This document shows, one piece after another, positions 1-8,568 of a stretch of 42,298 bases of DNA. The notes under the pieces were generated by a model. The model was given only the letters and a program-made list of their open reading frames with translations. It was not told where the DNA came from and did no database searches. A program made the position numbers and the translations under genes. Source of the stretch: Acidobacteriota bacterium (GTDB taxonomy: Bacteria; Acidobacteriota; Thermoanaerobaculia; Multivoradales; JAHZIX01); NCBI GenBank assembly GCA_020439725.1, contig JAGQSE010000170.1, positions 1 through 42,298 on the forward strand. The letters are read 5' to 3'. Within the stretch, counting starts at the first letter, position 1. Every line of letters begins with the position of its first letter.

Positions 1-23
1 TTCAATTCCGCCCCTGGGCACCA
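1..23 (+). tRNA. 3' terminal fragment of a tRNA gene (window starts inside the gene)
   Basis: The sequence reads ttcaatt (T-loop TTCAATT), ccgcc (3' half of T-stem), cctgggc (3' half of acceptor stem), a (discriminator), then an encoded cca. The anticodon and 5' part lie outside the window, so the isotype cannot be called. Confidence 0.6.
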
Positions 24-177
24 TCTAAGTCTCCCAGAATCAGCTAGTTAGGGTCGTCGCTGGGAACTCTCCCGAAGGCGTCGTTCGGCTGGCGCAACCA
101 ATGCGCAACCAGCCGAGGGGGCGGATGTGCGTCCGGGCTCGCAGTGCAGGCGCCGAAGGCGGTTGCTGCATGGCCGT

Positions 178-2808
178 CTAGTCCAAGAAGGGATCGGAGT
201 CGTCTCGAAGCTCGTCTGCGCTGTTGGTTCCGTCTCGCTCGTCGCGATTGTCTTCCGCCGCGGCCTGGCCTTCGTCGAGCCGCTGGGGCCCCAAGCGGAG
301 CTGACCAGGCTGGGATCGTGGGAGGGTAGGCGCCTCGGGCTCGACCAGGCCCCGTAGGCGGACCCTTTGCAGGTCGAGCATGAGCCGTGGGTAATCCACC
401 GCTACGTAGACGTACTGGTCGTCGGGCACGAAGAGCGTTTCGATGAGCTGCGCGGACAGCGCTGCAGTGGTGAGGATAGCCTCGCGATTCCCCAGCTGCT
501 GCAAGCGATTGACCATGCGTTCCCGCTTCTCGTCGAGGGTCAGGTAGATCGGGCGCCGGGTCTTCGTCATGGAGTGCTCCCAACTCTCGGCTTCGGCTTC
601 CGTCTCGCCGCGGGAGTAGTCGAGCTTCTCGGTCAGCGCTACGCCTTCTTGGTGCGAGGCAATCTGCTGAAGGGCCTCCGAGTACGACTGCGAAACTTGG
701 TCAAGTACAGAAAACGCTCGGGCAACCGAGTCCTGCCAGCTCTCGGTCTCGGTCGTAGTCTCTGTCGTGGTCCAGGTCCTGCCTACCTCACGGGAGTGAC
801 TGCGGGAGCGGCCGCGTCCGCGGGTCTCGGTATCTACGTGGCTTCCGCCCTGCTGAAGACTCTCTCCGAGACTGAAAGACGTTCCGGATTCTTGTCTTGT
901 TCCTTTGGAGATGGTCAGGCCCTGCTGCTCCGAGAGAGCGTGCGCAACGCCGCGTAGTAGCGAGGTGGCCTTGCTGAGGCTCTCTTCCTGAGAACTGCTG
1001 ATACTCCTCATGCTGGCGAGCGAGGAACTCGTGCCATTGGTAGTGCGAGGCTTATTGTCTGTGTAGTAGGAGATGCTTCCGTTGGCTCCATGGGTCAGCG
1101 TGTCGCTCTGCCCTTCGGACTCTCTAACGCTATGCCCCCGGGTGTTCGTTTCTCCGTGCTGCTCGCTGGCAGTCAGGCTCTGACCCTGACTTCGCTGGAC
1201 CGCAAAGACCGCGTTCTCGCCTCTAGTCAGACTGAGTCCGCGGCGGTGATCACGAACCTGTGCCCAATTTCTCCCAACTGCGACGCTCATCTGAAGAGAC
1301 TCGTTGTAGGCCTCAGTAACACCCTCCGACTCAGATCTGCCTATTGCCGTTGCAAGCCCCCTCGCCAAGGAACCTCCGACGGCTTTCGTGACGGTCAAGC
1401 CGATGTTTGTGCCGAAGGTGCGTCCAATACCGATGGTATGGGTTTGTCCCAGCGAGATGGTGCGGGACCGCGACCAGCAGTAGGAAGTACCTTCCGTGAC
1501 CTGAAAGGAGAAGCTCAGGCTTCGAGAATGGCTCTTCGAGTAGGTTTCCGAGCGAGAGGTCTCATGGTGGCTGACTTCGGGTGCGGTGATCGCGTACAAC
1601 TCCTTCGCCATGGTCTCCGCGTCGGCGCGATCCAGCCGGAAGACGACCTTGATCTGCGAGTTCGCCTTGACGGTTGCAAGCAGCGCTTGCCCTTGAGGAG
1701 TCTCAAAGGGCGGCTGAGACTGCGATTGGTGGGCATTCACCAAGCTGAGGCCGTACTTGCGCAAGTCCGTCATGCTCTGAGCCAGAGCGAGATCTGCGAA
1801 GTGATGGAACTCGTCAAGGTACAGGTAGTAGCGGTTCTTCCACTCGTCCTGCTGCCTGCGGTAGGCGACTCGCTGAAGCTTGGTCGTGATGAGACGGCCA
1901 AGGAACGGTACTCCGGTGAGGTTCTCTCCGATTGGGAGATGACAGATCAAGCTGATGTCGTCCCTCAGGAGTCTGCCGAAGTCAAGGGTGCTTTGATGGG
2001 TATCAAGGGCTCTGAGAGCGAGCGTGTCGTCGACCAGATACTGGAGCACGTTCCAGCTAGACTGGATCAATCGGCTCTGCTCGATCCGGCCTAGCCGGGC
2101 GAAGTAACTCCAATACTGGCGTCGAAATCGGAGTCGAGCATCAGATCCAAGAGCATCCATCAGAGCAAGGCGCTGCTCGTCGCCTAGAAGCAGAAGGTCC
2201 GCCGCGAAGGAGAGGTTCAGCGGGTACGTACCTTGACATTGCGGAGGCAGAGGCGGTCTACGCGCCGGGGCAAGCCGATTGAGCTCCGCAGTCATCATGA
2301 AAACGCCGCGCAGAATGTTCCGCAGAATCCTCTGATCTTCGAGGTTACGCCCGAGGAGTCGCTCGATCGCCTTCAAGAGATCATCAACGAGGTTCTCGCT
2401 GGTCTCATGGTCAGTGGGTGCCAGGGGGTTGTACTTGACGGGGTTCTCGGCGTCGGTGAGGTCGAGAAACAGGAAGCGCTTGAGAATGTCCTCCGGATCG
2501 ATTCCTGACTGCGCCATGCGCTCTGTACCAGTCGCGACGAAGTCACGGACGGCGGCATACAGGTCCCCCATCGGGTCGACCAGACAGAGAGGGTGGCCCT
2601 TGGCAATATCCTGGAAGAGTAGCGCTTGAAGGAATCGGCTCTTACCGGAGCCGGAGACGCCTACGACGTAGGTGTGCACACTCCGCTGGTCTGGGCTGAG
2701 GAGGACAAGACCTCCGTCTTCGGCGAGGGTGCCTCCGGCAATGGAGTGGTCGATATCGCTCCGCTTCTTCCTGAGGAACACCAGGTCCTTCGGCAGGTGG
2801 TCTGGCAC
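178..2808 (-). CDS. FtsK/HerA/TraD-superfamily P-loop ATPase, type IV coupling protein-like, carrying a long low-complexity insertion
   Basis: 876-aa ORF. Walker A is VVGVSGSGKS (nt 2638-2661) and is followed by LCLVDPMGDLY. Walker B-like YYLYLDEFHHF is followed by LRKYGLSLVNAHQSQSQ, as in TraG-D_C/TraD-type domains. The GTG start lies 2 nt after the upstream stop, with AGGAAAG upstream. Confidence 0.8.
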   Translation of the reverse strand: MPDHLPKDLVFLRKKRSDIDHSIAGGTLAEDGGLVLLSPDQRSVHTYVVGVSGSGKSRFLQALLFQDIAKGHPLCLVDPMGDLYAAVRDFVATGTERMAQSGIDPEDILKRFLFLDLTDAENPVKYNPLAPTDHETSENLVDDLLKAIERLLGRNLEDQRILRNILRGVFMMTAELNRLAPARRPPLPPQCQGTYPLNLSFAADLLLLGDEQRLALMDALGSDARLRFRRQYWSYFARLGRIEQSRLIQSSWNVLQYLVDDTLALRALDTHQSTLDFGRLLRDDISLICHLPIGENLTGVPFLGRLITTKLQRVAYRRQQDEWKNRYYLYLDEFHHFADLALAQSMTDLRKYGLSLVNAHQSQSQPPFETPQGQALLATVKANSQIKVVFRLDRADAETMAKELYAITAPEVSHHETSRSETYSKSHSRSLSFSFQVTEGTSYCWSRSRTISLGQTHTIGIGRTFGTNIGLTVTKAVGGSLARGLATAIGRSESEGVTEAYNESLQMSVAVGRNWAQVRDHRRGLSLTRGENAVFAVQRSQGQSLTASEQHGETNTRGHSVRESEGQSDTLTHGANGSISYYTDNKPRTTNGTSSSLASMRSISSSQEESLSKATSLLRGVAHALSEQQGLTISKGTRQESGTSFSLGESLQQGGSHVDTETRGRGRSRSHSREVGRTWTTTETTTETESWQDSVARAFSVLDQVSQSYSEALQQIASHQEGVALTEKLDYSRGETEAEAESWEHSMTKTRRPIYLTLDEKRERMVNRLQQLGNREAILTTAALSAQLIETLFVPDDQYVYVAVDYPRLMLDLQRVRLRGLVEPEAPTLPRSQPGQLRLGPQRLDEGQAAAEDNRDERDGTNSADELRDDSDPFLD

Positions 2809-2810
2809 TT

Positions 2811-3170
2811 CTATCTTTCCTGGGTCCGCCCCGGCTCGTCTCCGAGCCTCTCGTTGAGGTCTTGTCTCTGGTCGATGGTCCTCTCCAAGGTGCGTTGGTG
2901 CTGCGCAAGAGCATTGCTCTGCTGCTTCATTGCAGCTCTTCCTGAGGCGACCTCCTCTTGGTGACCCCCTAGGTCTGCTAAGAAGGCCTCGGATGCGTCT
3001 CTCATTCGATCTTCGTTGTCGGTCCGTGCCCTCTGAAAGTGCTCGATTGCGAGGTCGTTTTGGGGACGACGAGGTGCCCTTCTGGAGATGGCCCCCGGCG
3101 TGCTTTTCTGAAATGCCTTTGAGAGCCCATCAAAGCGCTCGTCGAATTCGGCGTCCTCTAGGTCAGTCAT
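2811..3170 (-). CDS. hypothetical charged helical protein (119 aa)
   Basis: The ORF has a GAGGAG Shine-Dalgarno 5 nt upstream of its ATG. Its stop is 2 nt from the downstream ATPase start. No motif recognised. Confidence 0.6.
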   Translation of the reverse strand: MTDLEDAEFDERFDGLSKAFQKSTPGAISRRAPRRPQNDLAIEHFQRARTDNEDRMRDASEAFLADLGGHQEEVASGRAAMKQQSNALAQHQRTLERTIDQRQDLNERLGDEPGRTQER

Positions 3171-3196
3171 CAGTTCTCCTCTGCGACCTCGGTGCT

Positions 3197-3652
3197 CTAT
3201 TCGTCAGGCGCTGTTCTAGGGCGAAAGTGCAGTACGTTCGTCTTGCCCGGCCGGTCTGGAGTGGCAGTATCGAGGGTTCGAGCAGTGGCTATGCGAGCCT
3301 TGTCGGTGATCTCAGCTGTCTCCGAGCTCTCTCGGGGGCCGAGGATCTCGTAGGTGTTGGGGTCGTAGCGGATGGACTTGAGCCACTGCTGGTGGGCATA
3401 CCCAGGTGCGCCGGGAATGTGAGCGGTGGTGGAGTACTGGTCGGCTAGTCTGAATAGATAGAGCAAGTATGATCTAGGGGTGGAGTCTTCTCTGCACGAC
3501 TCGTACAAGCTGGAGTGCCATGGCGAGGGAGAGTTCGCATAGAACTTTAGCCGACGGACTGCCGGATCGGAATCATCGTCATAGTTGATCTGCTCGCCGA
3601 AGCTGCGGTGGATAGTTTCTGACAGAGGATTGAGAATTTGAAAGCAAATCAT
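3197..3652 (-). CDS. hypothetical protein (151 aa)
   Basis: The start overlaps the upstream stop as ATGA (3649-3652), indicating translational coupling. No motif recognised. Confidence 0.55.
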   Translation of the reverse strand: MICFQILNPLSETIHRSFGEQINYDDDSDPAVRRLKFYANSPSPWHSSLYESCREDSTPRSYLLYLFRLADQYSTTAHIPGAPGYAHQQWLKSIRYDPNTYEILGPRESSETAEITDKARIATARTLDTATPDRPGKTNVLHFRPRTAPDE

Positions 3653-5250
3653 TTATGCTCTTCCTTTCTCTTTCTGTCAAGAGAGTTGGTGAAGTGAGCG
3701 GGCTTTTGGTCCCAGAGCGCGATCCAAGAAGGTAGATCGGTCCTTGCTAGGGAGTGCTGCAAAAGAAGCTCTTCAAGCTCCTTCCTGTTTGGCAGGACTC
3801 CCGAGCGATACCGCTGGAACTGTGCCTGCTGGAAAGTGCGGTGGGGCTTGAGCCAAGCTTCTAGGAGATCGCGCGCTCTGTCGCCGGTTGCACGAAGGAT
3901 TGGTGTCGGCGAGAGCTGCTGGTGAGGAAGGTCCAACGTTCGCAGCGTGGTGAGGACAGTGGTCAGCGGCTCCTCTCCTAGGAGATAGGCGTTCAGGATG
4001 CCCACTAGCTCCCGGCCAGCGGTATGAAGATAGCGCTCCTCAAATTCATCGTCGATCAGTAGCTCATCAACAACCATGAGGAGGAACGGGTCAGACGGAC
4101 TGGGTCGTTCCTTTCGTTCGACCTGATAGGCTAGAGTCCGACGAGCTTCCAAGAGCAGGAACCCGACATCCCGATCGAGATACATTCCTCCTTCGGACTT
4201 CCGAAGCCTCTTGGACTCCTCGTCACGTAGTGCTTCCGCTCGTTGCCGAATCTCCGCGCGAAACCTCTTGAGCCCTTTTTCCTTGGCAGCTTGGTCTGTC
4301 TTTAGCGCCGAGAGCTTCGCTTCTGCATGCTGGGCGCGCTCGCGCGCTCCTCGGGCCTCGTTCTCGAGCCTCTCCGCGCTCTCGGCATGAGCTGCTTCTC
4401 GTTGCCGAAGGTTTGCCAGCTCCTCATCTGAGAGTCTGCGATGCTGTTCGCTGGCGGCAAGCTCTTCGCGGATCATGCTGACGAGCTGTCGCTGGTCCTC
4501 GGCTTCCTCTTCCGCCTCCTTCATCGTGCGCCGAGCCTTCTTCAATAGATCCTTGAGAGATTCCTCGTTGAGGCCCTTCTGGATCTGCCTCAGGAGCCTT
4601 TTTTCCTTGGCCAGGCTGATGAACATCCGGTAGGACTCTTCGCCACCTGACGTGTTTGGTGCGAAACCGCGCTGAGCTGCGAGTTCCACGATAAGGGCCT
4701 GTTGCGGATGAACTCCACGGCGAAACAGGGTGAAGGCCGTTCGGTATTTGTCGTCCCTCTCTACGATCTCGTTTTCCAGGAGTCGGTACCTGTGGAAGAG
4801 CTTCAGGAAGATCCATGCGAAGGCTTCGAATGAGCGAAATATGTCAGCTTCCTTGAAGCTCCCGTCATTTTGCGCGCTCTCGTCAGCTTCTTGAGCGGCT
4901 GCAGTCCGAAAGAGCGCCTCCTGGGGGTGGCGACCATTGCGCAGCAGCTCGAATTGGTGGACCATCACTGGCTCGAGGGACTTTAGATCCCGAGTGAGCT
5001 GACGGGTATGTTCCTCCGCCTCGCGGACGCGAGCGATGCGCTCCTTGAGGATAGTCCGGAGCTCCGAATCTCGTTCAGTGCGGAGTGTATGAACCAGCTG
5101 TCTTCTCGTTTCAAAAAGCCTCGCGGTCCGCTTCTTGAGCTCTGACGGCTGGATACCGAAGGGTTCGTGGGGTACAAGATCCAGATCTTGGCGCCGCGTG
5201 AGCGCGTTTGTCAACGAGAGCTCTGTTGGCTTCTTACTCTTGTCGCTCAC
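3649..5250 (-). CDS. hypothetical coiled-coil protein (533 aa)
   Basis: The GTG start overlaps the upstream stop (GTGA), with GGGAGAGAGGA upstream. There is a long E/R/K/A/L-rich heptad-like stretch (res about 230-345). An internal duplicated 21-aa motif is present: FELLRNGRHPQEALFRTAAAQ and FTLFRRGVHPQQALIVELAAQ. Confidence 0.7.
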   Translation of the reverse strand: MSDKSKKPTELSLTNALTRRQDLDLVPHEPFGIQPSELKKRTARLFETRRQLVHTLRTERDSELRTILKERIARVREAEEHTRQLTRDLKSLEPVMVHQFELLRNGRHPQEALFRTAAAQEADESAQNDGSFKEADIFRSFEAFAWIFLKLFHRYRLLENEIVERDDKYRTAFTLFRRGVHPQQALIVELAAQRGFAPNTSGGEESYRMFISLAKEKRLLRQIQKGLNEESLKDLLKKARRTMKEAEEEAEDQRQLVSMIREELAASEQHRRLSDEELANLRQREAAHAESAERLENEARGARERAQHAEAKLSALKTDQAAKEKGLKRFRAEIRQRAEALRDEESKRLRKSEGGMYLDRDVGFLLLEARRTLAYQVERKERPSPSDPFLLMVVDELLIDDEFEERYLHTAGRELVGILNAYLLGEEPLTTVLTTLRTLDLPHQQLSPTPILRATGDRARDLLEAWLKPHRTFQQAQFQRYRSGVLPNRKELEELLLQHSLARTDLPSWIALWDQKPAHFTNSLDRKRKEEHK

Positions 5251-7154
5251 TGGTCCTCTCTCCCTTTCGACTCGAGGTGATTTAGGTCCAGTCGGCCTGA
5301 CTTTAGGTCGATTCGAGCTTTCAAATGGGCAGGAATTGAACTTTCGGCCGCATGGACAGCTCGCTGTCGCTGGAGGCGGGCAAACTCAAGTTTCCTTCGG
5401 AGCGCCGTAGTTTCTGCTTTGCGCCTAGGGTGCTTCCTCGCCATGCCATCGACATGCACTTCGGCGTCGTCGAGCAGGCCTTGCTCCAGCAGAATTTCTG
5501 CATGCTCTATTTCGTGGGCGAAGTCCCTCGCCCTTTTGCGTCTCCAGCTCGCATAGGAGCTCTCTGACCTCTGAAGAGCCGTCGCAAGCGATAGGGCCAC
5601 AGCAAGTAGGGTGCCAGCGAGTGGAAGAACTGCTGGCAAGAGGAGGCTGTCGCTAGCTCGTCCGGCTTCGTTCTCGACGTGGGCGGACACACGGAGGAGC
5701 CACTTATCCGAGGTCACTACCTTTCCGTCTTCGGGCAGTGAAGCACTGGTCTCTTGGACTGGCTCGAAGTTCCCGGTTAGAAATTTTGTCTCAATGAGTC
5801 CTTGTGTGGTTGATGAGATCTGGATAGGTGTGGAGGTGAACCAGCGTATCCGGGGATGGTGGAGAATTCTTACAGTCGGTACTGAAGGGGGGTGATACTC
5901 AGACGTTCCGTTGATCCCGGTGAAGTGGAATATGCGCTGAAGATCGCCGTTTGTTACGCTCTCAGTAATGGCATACGAAGAGGGCCCCTGGTCGAGGATG
6001 CGGTATTCAAGGCCCTCGGCATTGGTCCAGAACTTGCTTATTGCGCCGTTACGCCCTTCGGTCTCGAATCTTCGTTTCCAGTAGATATATCTATGGCCGT
6101 TGCCGTTGAACCAGTCAGTCGGGACGATCGCTGAGTCGAGGTTCCGGGATCGAGTTCGCCAGCCAGCGATCTCGGGAACAATTGAGCGTAGCGTCGCGCT
6201 GGATACCTCGTGGGCCACGGTGCCCGGGGGTTTCCAGAGCCGCATTGATGGGAGAGCTGTGTATTCCCAGAGCGCTTTTAATTCTCGGCTCACGGACTCA
6301 TAGGCGAGAATATAAATTGGATCGTCCTCTACCTTCGAGATAACTTCTCTGCGATCGAGTTTGCGGCTTGGGTCTCGTGGGATGCGATAGATCGTAGCCC
6401 TAAGAGTGTCGGAGAGCTGGCACTCCCATGGTCCACCTTTCGTGCAGGGACTCTCCCACTGCGGCAGGTAGGCGTCCTGGCCGATGAGCCAGCCACTACC
6501 GAACTGAGCTTGAATCGGCTTGATCCCCTGTTCCTGGAGACGTTGATCTGCTTGCTCAATAGTCCAGCTCCAGTCGAGCCCCAGATCCCCGCGAAGATTG
6601 TTGAGGTCGTGGAACTCTTCGACGATCTTAAGACTCGGGAAGTCACTGCGGACAATTTGAAGATCGGCGTAGGTTACAGCCCGCGGGTCGGGCTTGGGGT
6701 TTTCTTCGAGATTCACTAGCTCTAAGGCACCAAATCTTCGGCTCCAGGTGAAGCCGGACTCCATGTTCATAAAGTAGAATTGGTAGAGACATGTTCGGTA
6801 CGGGTCTCTTCCTTCTGGGCTGCGCCAGGCGAGTACGTGCCCTGCAGCGCGAAGCCAGGAGGTCTGTTCAGAATCATCGATGCTCGCTATCTTCTCGAGC
6901 GGCCAGTCTTCTGCCTGTTCCGTCAGTTCCTCGCCAGGGAAGCCGCAAAGGAATTCGATCTCTGTCGAGGTTAGGATTGCGTGTTTCACGGCGCTAGCCG
7001 GTGCACTAGTAATGAAGAGGAGCGCGAGCAGAACACTCAGTGCGGAAGCGTGGAGACGCAGCCTCGCCAGGCCGCCGGATGTCTCTGGAGACGGCATCCT
7101 CGGAGGTGGCTCCATGCATGGCCTGGCTGCTGTGGTGCTGGCGAGAGAGTCCAT
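5247..7154 (-). CDS. secreted, C-terminally membrane-anchored hypothetical protein (635 aa)
   Basis: Signal-peptide-like LARLRLHASALSVLLALLFITSAPASA. It is followed by a large domain with no recognisable motif. There is a single TM (LLLPAVLPLAGTLLAVALSLATAL) near the C-terminus and then a basic helical tail of about 110 aa. The exact start is uncertain (M1, M14 or M20). Confidence 0.7.
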   Translation of the reverse strand: MDSLASTTAARPCMEPPPRMPSPETSGGLARLRLHASALSVLLALLFITSAPASAVKHAILTSTEIEFLCGFPGEELTEQAEDWPLEKIASIDDSEQTSWLRAAGHVLAWRSPEGRDPYRTCLYQFYFMNMESGFTWSRRFGALELVNLEENPKPDPRAVTYADLQIVRSDFPSLKIVEEFHDLNNLRGDLGLDWSWTIEQADQRLQEQGIKPIQAQFGSGWLIGQDAYLPQWESPCTKGGPWECQLSDTLRATIYRIPRDPSRKLDRREVISKVEDDPIYILAYESVSRELKALWEYTALPSMRLWKPPGTVAHEVSSATLRSIVPEIAGWRTRSRNLDSAIVPTDWFNGNGHRYIYWKRRFETEGRNGAISKFWTNAEGLEYRILDQGPSSYAITESVTNGDLQRIFHFTGINGTSEYHPPSVPTVRILHHPRIRWFTSTPIQISSTTQGLIETKFLTGNFEPVQETSASLPEDGKVVTSDKWLLRVSAHVENEAGRASDSLLLPAVLPLAGTLLAVALSLATALQRSESSYASWRRKRARDFAHEIEHAEILLEQGLLDDAEVHVDGMARKHPRRKAETTALRRKLEFARLQRQRAVHAAESSIPAHLKARIDLKSGRLDLNHLESKGREDQ

Positions 7155-7170
7155 GGCTGTAGTCCAGGTC

Positions 7171-8115
7171 TTAGCTTAGCTGCGCCTTCTTTGCCAACGC
7201 CCGCCCCCGCCCCGCCACATTCGTCCAGATCGGATCGAAGACGGGGTTCTCTTCCTTCACCGCGTCGAGACTCGCCACTGCCGTCAACTCGTAGCCCGGC
7301 TTGTCCCGGAGGCTCCGTGTCAGGCTGCGGGCTCGCTGGCGCTCGGTGGTCACGAGGAGGATCCGGAAGTCTCGTACAGCGCCGTAGCGCTGCCAGCGGT
7401 ACCGGGTACTGTCGTGTGGATCGAGCGCCGAGGCGTAGTGGTGATAGGCGAGGAGCTTGGCGGCGATTTCCCGAGCGCTCTCAAAGCCGCGATCGGCCTC
7501 AAGGAAGTAGAGCCGCGCGAGGGGCTGATCGTGCTGCGACTTGGCGAGAGCGAAGACGAGGTCGGGGCGGATTCGAATAGGAGCCGCCTGGCTGGGGACG
7601 ACGAGATCCTCCTGGCTCACGAAGCGCTCGACGTGCTTCTTGCTCGCCGTCCCCGCAACCGCGTGCGTGTGGTAGAAGGCCATGTGCAGCGGGCCGAGGT
7701 TGAGCAGTTCGAGGTGGCTGTGACGCAGGGCTTCCATGACGCGCACCGCGCACTCACTGACCATCAACGAGTGCTGCACCTGCCGCCAGGTGCCCGATCC
7801 CCGAGGTTGGTAGAGGCGCCGCTGGGGGATGCTGCAATGCTCCCGGAGCGCGGGTAGGGCCTGAGCCGCCAAGAAGTAGATGCGCTCCCGGGTCTCCAGC
7901 AGGCGGTCACCGCTGAGGTAACCGTGGTTCCAGAGCCGCTGGAGCCGCTTGCGGACGTTGTGGAGAGACGAGAGCTTGCCGGTGTCCGGTTGGTAGTAGC
8001 CAACCCGTTGGAGCTGCCGCAAGGTGAGCACGCGGACCATCCACAGCCAGCGGAACAGCTCGACGTCCGTGGCGGTGAGCACCAGGCCCGGCCTTCTGCG
8101 GTCTTCTCCTGCCAT
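7171..8115 (-). CDS. replication-relaxation (Replic_Relax) family protein
   Basis: 314 aa. The N-terminal winged-HTH-like region is LTATDVELFRWLWMVRVLTLRQLQRV...RKRLQRLWNHGYL. The C-terminal block is IRIRPDLVFAL...LYFLEADRGFES...AAKLLAYHHY, typical of this family. The stop lies 16 nt before the next gene. Confidence 0.75.
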   Translation of the reverse strand: MAGEDRRRPGLVLTATDVELFRWLWMVRVLTLRQLQRVGYYQPDTGKLSSLHNVRKRLQRLWNHGYLSGDRLLETRERIYFLAAQALPALREHCSIPQRRLYQPRGSGTWRQVQHSLMVSECAVRVMEALRHSHLELLNLGPLHMAFYHTHAVAGTASKKHVERFVSQEDLVVPSQAAPIRIRPDLVFALAKSQHDQPLARLYFLEADRGFESAREIAAKLLAYHHYASALDPHDSTRYRWQRYGAVRDFRILLVTTERQRARSLTRSLRDKPGYELTAVASLDAVKEENPVFDPIWTNVAGRGRALAKKAQLS

Positions 8116-8163
8116 CCCCCAGACTTTCCCGGCAGCATCGGGTCCATGGCGCCTCGCAAAGCG

Positions 8164-8412
8164 CTACTCATGGCCCGGATCCGACGTCGACGTGCGCAGC
8201 CGCGTCTCCACCCAGTGCTGAAGATCCTCGACCCTATAGCGCACAGCCCTTGCAGAGATTTTTACATACTTAGGACCGCGCCCCTGATAGCGCCAGGCTT
8301 GGAGCGCGCGCCGCGTCAGATTGAGGTAGGTGGCGGCCTCAACCTCTGTCAGCAAAGGAGCTGGAAGGTTGAGAGTGGATGCGATCGCCGGCATGAGCGT
8401 GACCTCCTGCAT
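8164..8412 (-). CDS. excisionase/AlpA-type helix-turn-helix DNA-binding protein
   Basis: 82 aa. The sequence LLTEVEAATYLNLTRRALQAWRYQGRGPKYVKISARAVRYRVEDLQHWV matches the MerR-superfamily HTH_17/Xis pattern. Confidence 0.7.
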   Translation of the reverse strand: MQEVTLMPAIASTLNLPAPLLTEVEAATYLNLTRRALQAWRYQGRGPKYVKISARAVRYRVEDLQHWVETRLRTSTSDPGHE

Positions 8413-8510
8413 CTAGCTGGTCGACAGTGCCGGAGAGGCCTGATGCCGGGCCGCTCCGGGGCGTTGCGAGCACTGTCTAAACCCTAGGCGCACCGCGGGA
8501 TGCTGACAAT

Positions 8511-8568
8511 TTACCCTTCGACACTACCCGCCTCGAAGGTAGGGTCAACGGGTAAGGAATGCGGGTAC
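8511..8568. promoter_or_regulatory. cluster of TACCC / GGGTA half-sites upstream of the Xis-like gene (candidate operator)
   Basis: The forward copies are TTACCC (8511-8516) and CTACCC (8524-8529). The inverted copies are CGGGTAA (8549-8555) and CGGGTAC (8562-8568). CCTTCGA/TCGAAGG (8515-8521 / 8533-8539) forms a 7-bp inverted repeat. Confidence 0.3.

Noticed and set aside
1090-2094. 334-aa plus-strand ORF antisense to the ATPase gene. The same class includes ORFs 44-583, 367-957 and 1515-1736.
   Set aside because: These have Arg/Gly/Ala/Pro-rich junk-like translations with no motifs. They lie entirely inside a well-supported motif-bearing gene on the other strand. Such shadow ORFs are typical of high-GC DNA.
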